From Octopus vulgaris (lineage: Eukaryota): a DNA stretch of 64,000 nucleotides. Of the stretch, positions 12,359 through 25,178 are shown one piece after another (positions within the stretch are counted from its first letter, which is position 1; every line of letters starts with the position of its first letter). Both the position numbers and the translations under genes were made by a program. The DNA lies in assembly GCA_951406725.2 (NCBI GenBank), contig OX597818.1:45942001-46006000 (forward strand). Reading direction: 5' to 3'. Under the pieces are notes generated by a model. It made no database searches and was not told the origin of the DNA. It saw only the letters and a list, made by a program, of their open reading frames with translations.

Positions 12359-13648
12359 CGAGGGGCGTTCAATAAGTAATGCCCCTGACCCACTTGCAGT
12401 TGTTTGATCTAGCTGAAATTGTGCGTGTGCTATTATTTATATCTCTATAGAGTAGGTGGCAAATTACAGCTCTGAACTAATTGGGGTTTCTGATTTACAG
12501 GTGTTTGAACTGAGTCAAGTGTGAAATGGAGCTTGTTGAGTGTCGAGCAGTGATCTGGTTTTTGTATTTGAAAGGACGCACACCACGGGAGACTTTTGAT
12601 GAAATGAAAGTAACTTATGGTAATGATGCCCCATCATACAAGGATGACCTTGTAAAACGCTGGCATCGTGAATTCAAACATGGTCGGAACTCGGTGGAAA
12701 CAGCTCCCAGATCTGGTCGCCCCCCTTCTGCAATTGATGAGGCATCTGTCCGTCAAGTTGAGGCTGCCATTTTGGAAGATCGACGCATAACTATTCGCCA
12801 AATAATAGCCCACGAGGTCAAGATTAGTACCGGGTCTGTGGAAACTATCATTCATGACCATTTGCATATGCAAAAGGTGTCTGCCAGATGGATTTCCAGG
12901 TTGCTCACACCTTTCCAGAAGCAAGAACGCGTCGAGTGCTCAAGGATGAATTTGGAGATGTGCCAAGAAGATGAGTCAAAATTTTTCAAAAGACTGATTA
13001 CACAGGATGAAACCTGGGTCCATCACTATGATCCAGAGACCAAAGCCCAGTCAATGCAGTGGAAGCACCGTGACTCACCTCCTCCAAAGAAGGCAAGGGT
13101 GCAGCCCTCCGCTGGCAAGGTCATGCTCACAGTCTTCTGGGACCAGGACGGAGTATTGATAACAGATTTCCTGGCAAAGGGTACCACAATTACAGGAGCC
13201 TATTATGCTTCACTTTTGAGGAAATTAAGAGAAGCTATCAAAATCAAGAGGCGGGGCAAGATCAGCAAAGAAATCCTCCTCCTGCAGGACAACGCTCCGG
13301 TCCACAACTCGCTTGTCGCTAGATCAGAAGCACAGGCATGCAGCTATGAACTCCTCCCCCATCCTGACCTTGCACCCTCTGATTTTCACCTCTTTCCAGC
13401 CATGAAGTTGTTTTTGAAAGAAAAGTGTTTCCCAGATGATGCAGCCTTGATTTCTGAAGTCACGTCGTGGTTGGAGGACCAAGCTGGGTCTTCTAAAAAA
13501 AACTGTCTCCAGAGCTGCATCAAACGATGGGAGAAATGCGTAACTCTGAGTGGTTCCTATGTAGAGAAAGACTAATAACTGTACAAAGTTTCGTTGCTCT
13601 ACTGCTATGGGAAGTGGGTCAGGGGCATTACTTATTGAATGCCCCTCG
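12359..13648 (+). mobile_element. Full-length mariner transposon (1290 bp, irritans-like CGAGGG ends)
   Basis: TA target duplication (12357-12358 and 13649-13650). About 37-bp TIRs cgaggggc(g/a)ttcaataagtaatgcccctgacccactt. Confidence 0.95.
12526..13575 (+). CDS. Mariner transposase, 349 aa, open frame but with a deletion in the YSPDL motif
   Basis: HTH region, RSGRP, WISRLL (WVPHEL equivalent), TQDETW, QDNAPVH and HPDLAPSDFHLF. Confidence 0.9.
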   Translation: MELVECRAVIWFLYLKGRTPRETFDEMKVTYGNDAPSYKDDLVKRWHREFKHGRNSVETAPRSGRPPSAIDEASVRQVEAAILEDRRITIRQIIAHEVKISTGSVETIIHDHLHMQKVSARWISRLLTPFQKQERVECSRMNLEMCQEDESKFFKRLITQDETWVHHYDPETKAQSMQWKHRDSPPPKKARVQPSAGKVMLTVFWDQDGVLITDFLAKGTTITGAYYASLLRKLREAIKIKRRGKISKEILLLQDNAPVHNSLVARSEAQACSYELLPHPDLAPSDFHLFPAMKLFLKEKCFPDDAALISEVTSWLEDQAGSSKKNCLQSCIKRWEKCVTLSGSYVEKD

Positions 13649-15471
13649 TATATATATATATACATATACATATATAGGACGGGCTTCTTTCAGTTTCCGT
13701 CTATCAAATCCACTCACAAGGCTCTGGTCAGCCCGAGGCTATAGTAGAAGACACTTTCCCAAGGTGCCATGCAGTGGGACTGAACCCAGAACCATGTGGT
13801 TGGTAAGCAAGCTACTTACCACACAGCCACTCACATATATATACATATATATATATTTATAGTTCTAAAAGCAAAATGCTGTATGTATCTGTATATCACT
13901 CACTGCTTTTAGAAAACGTTTTTGAAAACTTGAACGTGAAAATTTTTTAAAAAGCAAGTTTTTCACTGTGTGATTCAGACCTGACAGTCATGTGCTTCAG
14001 CATTTTCCACTTAAATTGCATAGCGATAGGTAAAGTTTATAAATACCAGAGGATAAGTTCCCATAGAAAGTAAAAACAAATTTAAGCAGAAGTAACGAAT
14101 ATGCACACCATTCATACATTTCTATACATACATACTTTTTTGAATGCCAATTACTCCAAGAATTCTGCATTTTTACAGTTACATTTTTTCCATGACAGTA
14201 GAGGAATTTTTTCATTTCAGAATGCAGGCATAGTGTGGATTCGATTCTTGGAAAGTGTGCATATTCTTTACCTTCACCGAAATTTCTCTCACATAAGTTA
14301 ACTAGATCTTGTCAATCCTGTACTTTTGACCCACATAATAAAACAAAACTTCTTTTCTTTTAACAGTAGTTACTTATAATAGTATTAGATGACACAATTT
14401 ACTAAAAAACAAAAGAAAACTAAAAAAATATATTTATAGACGTAAGCAATAAGAACATGGAGAAGAGAGTAAAAGAAACTACTTTATTATGTCAAGAAAA
14501 TCTAGGGTTACCATCTAGAAAAATTTGAAACGCTTCAAAAACACTCCCAGAATTAATGAGGATGGATTGTGAGGCCGAAGCGCTGCGACTGCCGGGTACC
14601 TGCCCATTGATTGAAGCTGGGTACACCAGCTAGTATATATATATATGTATGTGTGTGTGTGTGTGTTGGGACGAAACACAAGTCCATATGAACTCTCCCA
14701 TCGTTTATACCACACATGATTCGTTTATAGTGATCAAATAAGTTCACTCCCTCCAACAAATCAACATTCCCTGTACATGTGCACTAAGTGCCACACACAC
14801 ACACATATATATATATATATACGAAATGTATAGTATTAAATATCCATCATGGCTGATCTTATCAATTGGTTTCGTGTAAAGAATACAATGGAATGCTAAG
14901 TAACAATCTGATTATATAACTTTACACTCATCAGAATTAGCTGATATGGAAGGGAATAGGACAACTGCTCTCCAGTGTTGGGGGTGGATTAGCACAACTA
15001 ATCAATGGCTGCTGTGAAAAATGGGGTGAAACAAAAAAGGGTGAGACAGAAAGAGGGAGAGAGAGGTGGCCATGATGTGAGGTAAGGAGAACGTAATATT
15101 TATTACGTAGTTACAAAAAAGTTAGTTGAAGGTAGAGGAGAAGAGTTAAATATATAATTTTAGCAGAAGGGTAATGTTCTGATGGTGAGGTAAAAGAAAA
15201 GTAGAGAGAGTGGGAGAGATGATGGTGGTTGTAGTGACTGGACAGTGAAAAGTGTATTTTTTTAATTGGACTAAGTTTTTTATATTACCTATCAATTAAC
15301 ACATGCGCATAAGTGCGTTAATTGATAGGTAATTGATAGGTAAAAAAAACACTAGGCAGTGTCTCATATTTTTCTTTGCCCACTCAATTGTATCTATCAA
15401 TCTATCTTTTTGTGAATATATGTATATATATAATACACACGCACAAACATATATATATGTGCATATTCATA

Positions 15472-17120
15472 TCTATTATATAAAAATCAATGTCTTTATG
15501 TGTGTTACTTATACATTCGAAAACTACTGCACCAATCCTGATGAAATTTGGAGCACAAAATCCAAGCCTAGGGAGAAGGGTAATGTATGTTTCATGCAAT
15601 TTCATGGACCAAAATTACTGAATGCATCCTTATAATATTTGGAACTTACATTTAATGCATAGGTGCGGGTATAATGCAGTATGTTTGGTTTGAATTTGAG
15701 ATGGTTTAAAGGAGGCAGAACACCATTTGAAAATTCATAAATTTTCAATGTTGATGAAATTTTAACCATGGGTAATTGACACACATCAAGAAATATTTCC
15801 AAAGTTTCTGCTTCTCATGGCGTTTCTAAGACTCCCTAATGGGGGCCTTAACACCTAAATTTTAGTCATTTTCTATGATCCAAAACTAGATCAAAAGTAC
15901 TGAATGGATCTTTATGAAATTTGGAAATTATATTCTATGTATAAGGGCAGATATAATGCAGTATATCTTTGAAAGTGAGGGGGGCATAAATGAAAATTCA
16001 TATATTTTTACTGTTGATGAAATTTTAAGCATAGATATTAGACACAAATTAAGTAATATTTCTAAAATTTACAACTTCTTAGAAGTTACAAAGACCTCTT
16101 AATGGGGACTTAACACCCACAATTTAGTCATTTTTCCTAAACAAATACAATTGTACTTTTGGAAGCTGTAGGATCGCCCAAGCATAAAAGATGAGCATTA
16201 TTTGTCATTCAATGGTACAACAGTGTAAGACTTTGCTTTGAGATATACTTAGATTGTGATTTCTGCAATGTGGTGCATAAATTGTCAAGTAAAGGAGAGG
16301 CATCTTTGCCTCCACTGATTCAGTTGCAAAGTGTTCACTAAAGTTATTTGGTTGCAGATATCCTGAGTCTTTTTATTATCACCGGGTCGCACATAGTCCA
16401 CCAATGGTAACATTGATTTCAAGGCCTTCCCAGATAAGTGACTGATTATTCAAAGACATTTATAGATTGCAAATTTATTCTGTCCAGTTACCTATCAGCA
16501 TAGTGATCATTGGCAAACTCCAGAGGTGACACTTTCATTCCCCTTAGCCCTCAAGTCACACAATTGTTAATGTTTATTTGAGTTGGGTCACGCCCTTCCA
16601 ATTGCTATATATCTGTAATGCATCTTACGGCTGTGCCTGTCACCTGTATGGTGAGGAATCCTACATTGGGGAGTAGTAACAACAAGGGTAGGGTAGTTGA
16701 CTGCTTATTGTTATCATTCATTGTTTGGTTTCCTGTAGCTTTGCTCTCTTTTACAAACCCAGTGAACATGCATATATTTCCTATTTCAAAGAAATTCGAA
16801 CAATACATATAAGACCCAAGTTAAAAAGATTCTCAACAATTCAACTTCTCTGGTCAACATTAAGACACCCACCTCCAATAGGGGCCTTAACTCCCACATT
16901 TTAGGGCTCCATTTTTCAAGAGCAAAAACCTTTCAATAGGTTCCATAAGATTTGAATTTTGACATCTGGGCATAAAGAATTTTTGTGAGGGTCTGTAAAG
17001 AGGGAAAGAAACCCTCATTAAAATTCTTCATATGCAATTTTGATGAAATTCGAATCATACATATTCCAATTCATTAGAGAAAATATAGGCCTAGGTAGGT
17101 TGGGAGCAACATTATTTCCG
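15472..17120 (+). mobile_element. Probable non-autonomous Helitron-type element with an internal tandem duplication
   Basis: A|TCTATTATATAAAA start followed by the actactgcaccaatcctgatgaaattt motif. 15700-15880 and 15970-16140 are duplicated. The 3' boundary is uncertain. Confidence 0.45.
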
Positions 17121-17527
17121 CATTTTTTAGAGTTTGAGTCGATATTTCTTTTGCTATTTCAGCGTTTTCGAATTGTGCCTCAATAGTGGTGTTTCTTGGT
17201 CCTCAATCGACATAGGTAAGTTTTCCCCGTATGGGAGTGAGGCACCTCTCTACAACCTGACATTCTTTTTTCTTTACGGTTATATATTTTGTATGCTACC
17301 ATTCTGGCAGTTAAATTTTGTAGCATATGCTCCTCTGAGAACAGAAAGTCAACACTTGAAAATATACGAAGCCCAGTATATCCATCATAACTACCCGTCT
17401 GATAAAGGTACACCAGATACATGCATCACAACCATATGTGTATGACATGGCAATCTCATATCAAGATAAACAATACATTATCTTGCAGGTGGGACCCAGT
17501 TATAATTTTCTTCAGCTTGAGTAGCCA

Positions 17528-17935
17528 GGCGAGCTAGCAGATTCGTTAGCATGCCAGGCAAAATGCTTAGCAGTATTTCATCTGTATTTACATTCTGAGT
17601 TCAAATTCCGCCCGGACTGACTTTGCCTTTCATCCTCTCGGGGTCGATAAATTAAGTACCAGTGGAAAACTGGGTTCAATGTAATCGACTAGTTCCCTCA
17701 CCCCAAATTTCAGGCCTTGTACCTTTAGTAGACAGGATTAGCATTATAATTAAAGCAACGAGTTGGCAGAATCGTTAGCACGCTGGGCGAAATGCTTAGC
17801 AGCATTTTGTCCGTTTTTACGTTCTGAGTTCAAATACCGCCGAGGTCGACATTGTCTTTCATCCTTTTGGGGTCAATAAAATAAGTACCAGTTGAAAACT
17901 GGGATCGTTGTAATCAACACATCCCCACCCCCGAA
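17528..17935 (+). mobile_element. Two tandem MetaSINE-like tRNA-derived SINEs
   Basis: tRNA-like head (gagttcaaattcc B box) plus gcctttcatcct..ggggtcgataaa..aagtaccag, which resembles the Meta domain. Confidence 0.75.
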
Positions 17936-18412
17936 ATTACTGCACTCATGCAAAAATCTGAAACCATTATTATTATTATTATCATTATTAGAAACAAGTT
18001 TGTTTCGGATTCCTTGCTACTTAAAGTTTCACAAGCCCCTACCAGTGCCTGTCTCCTCAGGCTGGTGGAAAATTCGAATTGGACTGGATTTTCCACCGGC
18101 CATTAGTATCTGAAGAAACGCTGTAAAAAAGCGAAGTGCTTTATGGGTGTGAAACCCTGGGTAATTCCATAGACCAGCCATAACTAAGCATATATATTAC
18201 ACCCAGAACCATGCTATAGCTGAGTTAAATTTTGGATTTCTCAGTTTTCTTTCGATCAATTTTGATAAAACTTTTCCCAGCTTGTTTGCACACTATCACA
18301 ACATCATGGTTATGTTTTCATTAATATGTGTAATATCCTTTCTTTTTTCATTTCAGATTCAGATTCATTTGGGTGAACCACGCTAACAGCTTTTGAATGA
18401 AAATAACCTATC

Positions 18413-18772
18413 TCTCTCTTTTACTTGTTTCAGTCATTTGACTGTGGCCACGCTGGAGCACCGCCTTTAGTCGAGAAAATTGATCCCGGGACTTATTCTT
18501 TGTAAGCCCAGTACTTATTCTATCGGTCTTTTTTGCCGAACCGCTAAGTGACGGGGACGTAAACACACCAGCATCGGTTGTCAAGCAATGCTAGGGGGAC
18601 AAACACAGACACACAAACATATACACACACACTTATATATATATACATATATACGACAGGCTTCTTTCAGTTTCCGTCTACCAAATCCACTCACAAGGCA
18701 TTGGTCGGCCCGGGGCTATAGCAGAAGACACTTGCCCAAGATGCCACGCAGTGGGACTGAACCCGGAACCAT
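18413..18772 (-). mobile_element. tRNA/CORE-type SINE
   Basis: High similarity to the reverse complement of 24830-25170. Confidence 0.85.
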
Positions 18773-18829
18773 CTAGACATTTTTTCCAGAAAATGAAGGG
18801 TAATAATACATATTAAGCACACATTGGGT

Positions 18830-20050
18830 ATATATTTAACAGAAAACCATAATAATATTATAACATTTATTGACATAATGAATTAAGCCACATGAGCGTC
18901 ATTTCGACAGATAACTTCAAAAACCCTATTAGTCATGGAATCTGTAAATTTCTTAATAGTAGCAGGTTAGAATGCTTCTGCTGCTGCTTTGATGGTCGCC
19001 CATAAGACATCTTTTGACGTAAATTGGCGTCCATCAGCTTAAACATCTTGTTTAATGATGGACCAAAGATTTGTGAGAGGGTCAAGATCCATAGATGCTG
19101 CCACACCATCGACCTTTCACCGTAAGACCCTAGTAATGTTTGGGTGGTTCTAGCAGAGTGGGTGGGGGCACTGTCATGCATGAATATGAGATTCCTTACA
19201 AGTGAAAATGGTACGTCATCTAGCCAGGGATCCCAAACCTCCTTCAGGAGATTGCAGTAGGCAACTGCAGTCACTTTAACTCCTTCGGGCACCCTGACTG
19301 GACCAACAAGTCTGTCCCTAATGATACCAGCCCACAACATGACTCCTCCACCCTATTGTTGACGTTGTAAATGTTGGTGATGCTCACCTCCAAAATAGAC
19401 CCAACCATTTGCCCAACTGTCAGATCCGTCAATGTTCGCCCTGTTTTTGTTAGTGAACAGAACAAATTTATGTCTAACGTCATGTACTTTTGGGCAAATT
19501 GAAGCATCAAACTCCTGTTAGGCAATTTCAGGGGTTCTTGCATAGAAGCCATGGTCCCAAGGATATGATTTCTGGTGGTTTTCGGTACATGAGGAAGTCC
19601 GGAGGCGGTGAAAATGGCTTTGCATGTTTGTCCAGGTTTCCCACGTAACTGGCAGGTAATATTCCTTAAATCCCTAGCTGTTACAGTCTTGGAGGTCTCA
19701 CAATCGGATCGTTTCTTCCTTTGTGAAGGAATCGTCTAACTGTGTCCACCTACATGATGACAACCTAACTTCTCTGCAATGACATGAAGAGAGGTACCCT
19801 TAGCACTTTCCTTGATGATGACAGACTCTTCTTCATCGTTAAGGCCTTTTCCATGTCCCATTGTTCTTAGAGAGGAACAGACGCTATTAGTGTGGGTTCA
19901 CCCCAAAACTTAAGAATCTGAAATAAAAAAGAATGGTTGTTACACAGAATAATGAAAACATAAGAATGGTGATTGCCCTGGTGTGCAAACAAGCTGGGGA
20001 AAGTTTTATCAAGTTCTGTATGTGTGTGAGAATTACATTAGTATAGGTGT
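18830..20050 (-). mobile_element. Degenerate Tc1-like transposon, TRT (DD37E)-like
   Basis: Start MGHGKGLNDEEES near 19861. Peptides VMLWAGIIRDRLVGPVRVPEGVK...IFMHDSAPTHSAR. Frameshifted. Confidence 0.75.
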
Positions 20051-21165
20051 CCCTCAAATTCGCACAATTGGTGAGAAAGGAAAAGGGTACAGGAATGGGA
20101 GTAATTGTTTTACAAAACACGAAAACACGTACTGAAAGAAACGAACAACCTGTCCTTTTCTTTTCCCATGATAAGGAACTATGAAGGAACAGCTGTTCCA
20201 AAACTTCGCTCGGATTTTGTTTCATTTAATGTTTTATTAAAATGAGGACGATTGGGATTTCTGCAATTATGAAATATTCGTTTAAGGTTTCTGTGACAAA
20301 ATAAATTAGAGAACCACTGCCGTAAAGTATTGATGATTAATTAGTGTGTCAATACATCGTATTCACTTGGCATTCTTTAGATTTATGATCAGAAATTGTA
20401 AAAAGAAAATTATTCTAAGTAATCCGTATAGAAATTTTGAAAAGAAAAAAAATCGGAATCTTAACTTTCGCACTTTGACGATCTTTGGTTTTTTTTTTTT
20501 TTGGTGATCATCATATTTTTAAACATTGAATCCTAAAAAACATTTTTTGCTTAAAAGCTTTTAAATCTAAGAGATTTGGGACGTTGGAATTATATTTTTT
20601 AATTTTTTTTTTTAATTCTTTTTGCAGAGTTTCGGAATAACTATCACTACTGTATTGGGAATGAAAAGAGCACGGGAACAGAGAGGAGGGGCCAAAAATA
20701 TAAGAAATAGAAATATTCTTTCAGCTATCGTAACTTCCGCTGCATAAACTCAAGAATACTAAAAGAAGAAAAAAAAAACCTTTTCCTTCTTCATCAAATA
20801 GTGAATGATAGCTATTCTGATACCCAGCATTGAAAAAGTTAGTTTTAACCATCATCTCTGTTGTTGAAAACTCGAAAAAAGAGAGGTGGGTGTTCTAATT
20901 TGACACGTATAGCCGCACATTGTCGGCTTAGTATCAATGTTTCTATTTTCAGCATGTGATTACAAAGCAAAAGAAGGCTGAGTCATTTCGTGGGACTTAG
21001 AGCATGAAATTACACAATACTAGTTTAAACATCGATTCATAGACTATAAGTTTGAATAGGACATGCACTCAATTGTATATAAGGAATGATTACGTTCTGC
21101 CTATCACAAATAACAAAGGCACCGCCGTCAACAAATATGTGTACAATTAAAAGTATCAAATATTC

Positions 21166-21263
21166 GGCGAAAGTAAAGAATGCGTACACCCGGTGGTTAG
21201 GGTTATGGGTAAGGGTTTTTGTTACGCCGGGAACAGGTGGTGTACGTATTCTTTACCACTGCC
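21166..21263. mobile_element. 98-bp MITE with GG...CC ends and 8-bp TSD (Merlin- or hAT-like)
   Basis: TSD aaatattc at 21158-21165 and 21264-21271. Inverted arms gtaaagaatgcgtacacc / ggtgtacgtattctttac. Further copies near 31793, 35048 and 38318. Confidence 0.8.
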
Positions 21264-22169
21264 AAATATTCTTTCTAGGTTATAACATTCACAAATTATA
21301 ACAGTGGTGAAAACAACATACATTATGTAATTTTTGTGATTCATGCTTTGCCGATGAAATTCGATATATAGAAACATTCGAATGGTGTGCGCAACTAATT
21401 CGAAAGTCTGATCTTACCACACTTCATGCTGGAGTCTGGCTGCCGATTAATTTAAGAGTGTCAGTAGAATGCTCAAATACTTTTGCTGTATTATAATAAC
21501 AGAAGCACTCGACTGTGAAAGTAATAATTAATGGAACTGGAAGGTAAACAACATAGGAATATGTGTTGAATCATTTCTTTTTCTACTGTCAAAGCAAGGC
21601 TTACGTAATGTTTACTAACCTTTAAGTTGATCTACTAACACACTAGTATATGTAGTTAAGAAATTCGCTTCATGACGACATAGTTTCGTGCTCGATCCCA
21701 CTACAGAGCACCTTGGGAAAATATCTTGACGGTGTCGTCATACATGCGTGCACACACGCACATCTATATATAGTATTTAATTGTATAAAAGTCGCTCGGG
21801 CGCACTCCAATTACAGCAATGCATATTCAGAAAAAAAATAGGATCTTAAATTTCTCCCAACTACTTGAAGTTTTTCAAATTTTCACCAGACTATTTAAAA
21901 AAAATATAATTCCAGTGTAGTTTTGCCAGCTTGTGATGAAAATCATGTTAATTTTTTTCCTTAGAAATTTATCATAAAGAAATTACAAGCATTTAAAGAG
22001 ATGTAATTTTTAGCCAATCGAAATCCTCTGTTATTGACATATAGAGTATAATTGTCATAGAGTTGTGCAAATACAAAACCCTTACATGGTCTCTCTGCCT
22101 GCTAGAAATAGAAGATAACTCTTCCTTAAACTACATCATAGTGTCTAAAAGCAAAATGAACAAAATATT

Positions 22170-22388
22170 CTTTTCTGCTCTAGGTACAAGGCCCAAAATT
22201 TTTGGGGAGGGTGTCCAGTCGATTAGATCGATACCAGTACGCAACTGGTACTTAATTTATCGACCCCGAAAGGATAAAAAGCAAAGTCGACCTCAGCGGA
22301 ATTTGAATTCAGAACGTAAAGACAGACTAAGCAAATACTGCTACGCATTTCGTCCAGCGTGCTAACGTTTCTACCAGCTTGACGTCTT
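22170..22388 (-). mobile_element. MetaSINE-like SINE
   Basis: ctggtacttaatttatcgaccccgaaaggat...ggaatttgaattcag. Confidence 0.75.
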
Positions 22389-22727
22389 AATTAAAAAAAA
22401 TTTTTTTTAAATTATGCCGCAACACGGATCTTATTTTTTTGGCAGTACAGTTCATTTACTCGCTTGAGATAGGCCTAAGTGTTTTCTATTTGTTGAGTGT
22501 TATTGATCACAATATCGACGGATGTAATCTTTTATTGAACTCACGACCCTCGATACATTAACTGGACACAACAGATCAGTATTGAACGTACTTGTTTTTT
22601 TTGGGGGGTTTTTTTTTTTCTTATAATAAAATTACAAACAAAATTTGGTGGGGGAGAAAGAATTGGTTAAAACAAAAAGGATTTCTATTGGCTAAACTTG
22701 CGTGCTTGTAATTTCCTTATTATTAAA

Positions 22728-23126
22728 CTAGCAGTATCGCCCGGCGTTGCTCGGATTTGTAAGGGAAATAACTATATAAGCATTTTTAGAGAGTTATAGC
22801 CAAAAAATAGCAAAAAAATGCACTAAAAATGGAAAAAAAATTATGGTAAATTTTTTTTTAAATCGTTGACTCATCGTAGACATTTTTAGAGAGTTACTTC
22901 CCTTATATAATAGCGAAAAAAATACATTAAAATGGAAAAAAATGATGGTAAATTTTTTTTTAAATCGTAGACTCATCGTAGACGCTCACTAATACCCAGA
23001 AGGGCTCGATATGAATCATGACTATAAGATACCCGGTTTTGGTTAAACTGCACCGCAAAATGTGGAAGTAGTTAGGAATCTAAATCGTAGGAGACAGACA
23101 CACAACCTCTCTTTTATATATAAAGA
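22728..23126 (-). mobile_element. Non-autonomous Helitron
   Basis: Minus strand reads A|TC...CTAG|T with a subterminal ccgagcaacgccggg hairpin and no TSD. Near-identical family member at 43520-43865. Confidence 0.85.
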
Positions 23127-23989
23127 TTTCGGGGCGGGGGGTGTATGCGGTTTCTGCTATCAGCATGCAAAACTACTTCAGCACTACATTAAAAAAAAAA
23201 TTGGGTGAGAATTAGAAAAACTTGAAGTAGTTGGAAGAAATTCAACAAGATCTGAAAAAAGATTTTAGAGCGTTAAAGCATAGGCAGTCTAGTCAGTGCA
23301 TTACAAAATATAGATCTTGTTAAATTATATTCAATCACTTCAAGTATTTCAAATTTTCTCCAATGGTGTAGTTTTGCAAGCTGTTGGACAAAAATCGCTA
23401 TAATCTTTTGTAGAAATTAATAATAAAAAAAGGTAACAAACATTTAAAATTATGTAACTGTAGCGAACAGGAAGCTGCCGTTGCTGACACACCAGATGTG
23501 ACAACTGCTTGCTTCCATGGAAATCAACATATACAAGAGCAAGAAAATGATGGAAAAACTTTTGTGTTCTCTCGATCTGCTAGAAACAGCAGCAATATCT
23601 TCCTTAAACTACACCATAACGTCTAAAAAGCATAAAGGATGACACATTTTATAAAGTAATTAGGATAAACTGTTTCTATTAATGAAATTATTGTATATAG
23701 TGCTCAGGTGCACTACAACTCATCAAAGGTGCATGTACAATACATAGAATTATGAACAAAAGTCAGGAGAGTGAACAGTGTAAAAGTCATGATATACATG
23801 TGTACATGCTTATGGAAGGAGCAATATCAGGTGAATCATCATCATCATCATCATTGTCATCGTTTAAAATCCGTTTTCCATGCTAGCATGGGTTGGACGA
23901 TTTGACTGGGGTCTGGGAAGCCAGGAGGCTGTGCCAGGCTCCAGTCTGATCTGGCAGTGTTTCTACAGCTGGATGCCCTTCCTAATGCT

Positions 23990-24560
23990 CCCTGGATGAT
24001 GAAGTATCTTTCAGGCTGTAGAGAGCAACTGATTCCTTCAGGTCTCTTGAATCTCGTGTCTGGTCCCAACATGGCATCACAAGGCAAACAAAAGTTATTG
24101 TGTACTGACATCGCTCCTTTCTTCATGTGAGACATGGACCCTTTACAAACATCATGTAAAGGTCCTTGAACGCTTCCATCAGAGATGTCTGAAACATATT
24201 CTGAATGTTGGCTGGACCTTAAAAACTCCAGATACACAGGTCCTGAGGAAAGTCGATATCCTGAGTATTGAGGTGATGATGTACAAGCACCAGTTACATT
24301 GTACTGGATACCTTGTTAGAATGAATGATAGCAGGATCCCTAAACAGATGCTATATGGGGAAACTTGTTAGTGGAAAACAACCCCAGCAGAATCCAAGAC
24401 TGCAGTTTATGGACTGTGTAAAATCCTGATTAAAGACCTGTGAAATGCGAGAGGCTGACTGGGAAAGCACTGCTTGTCATTGCCACAGATGGAGGAAACA
24501 GGTAAAGGAGAGAGTTGATGCCTTTGAAAGAACACATATTCTTCATGAAGTGCAAGTGTA
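23990..24560. mobile_element. RTE-clade LINE fragment (3' part on +, upstream part apparently inverted)
   Basis: On +: GYLVRMNDSRIPKQMLYG (about 24305-24360), an RTE/Bov-B-like RT C-terminus. Confidence 0.7.
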
Positions 24561-24795
24561 AAGTATAAGGTAGTCTTAAGCACACAATGTTCCTGACGGT
24601 CAGTAATGGTTTTCTTTGGTCATGAGTGGACTGCCATCATGTATGCATGTATACATACCTGTATGTATGCAGTTCAATATGTAGGTAGGCAAGATAGAGA
24701 TACTTATTTGCATATATGTGACCATCATCATCATCATATAGCAGATTCAAATCCAAATCAACAAATTTCCTAGAAAAAAATCACAGATTAGTAAT

Positions 24796-25178
24796 GGAGT
24801 GGCTGTGTGGTAAGTAGCTTGCTTACCAACCACATGGTTCCGGGTTCAGTCCCACTGCATGGCATCTTGGGCAAGTGTCTTCTGCTATAACCTCAGGCTG
24901 ACCAATGCCTTGTGAGTGGATTTGGTAGACGGAAACTGAAAGAAGCCTGTCGTATATATGTATATGTTTGTGTGTCTGTGTTTGTCCCCCTACCATCGCT
25001 TGACAACCGATGCTGGTGTGTTTATGTCCCTGTCACTTAGCGGTTCGGCAAAAAGAGACCGATAGAATAAGTACTGGGCTTACAAAGAATAAGTCCCGGG
25101 GTTGATTTGCTCGACTAAAGGTGGTGCTCCGGCATGGCCGCAGTCAAATGACTGAAACAAGTAAAAGAGTAAAGAGTA
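24796..25178 (+). mobile_element. Intact tRNA-derived CORE-type SINE (probably an octopus OR/OK-like family)
   Basis: Box A/B-like head (tggctgtgtgg...ggttcagtccc), CORE-like cttgggcaagtg, internal (TA/TG) tract and (GTAAAAGA) tail. Confidence 0.9.

Larger units (their letters stand above)
12144..13832 (-). mobile_element. tRNA/CORE-type SINE split by a mariner insertion
   Basis: The halves 12144-12358 and 13649-13832 together match the intact copy at 24796-25178. Confidence 0.85.

Noticed and set aside
12526-13575. SETMAR or other domesticated host gene
   Set aside because: Intronless ORF within intact TIRs and a TA duplication inside a SINE, with no SET domain. It is a transposon copy.
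21780-23640. Diverged direct and inverted similarity between 21850-22160 and 23160-23635
   Set aside because: Most simply old copies of an interspersed repeat. I could not define boundaries or coding signal.
24796-24865. tRNA-like sequences (also near 42170-42238, 26930-26990 and 17530-17615)
   Set aside because: SINE heads continuing into SINE bodies. No complete cloverleaf seen.
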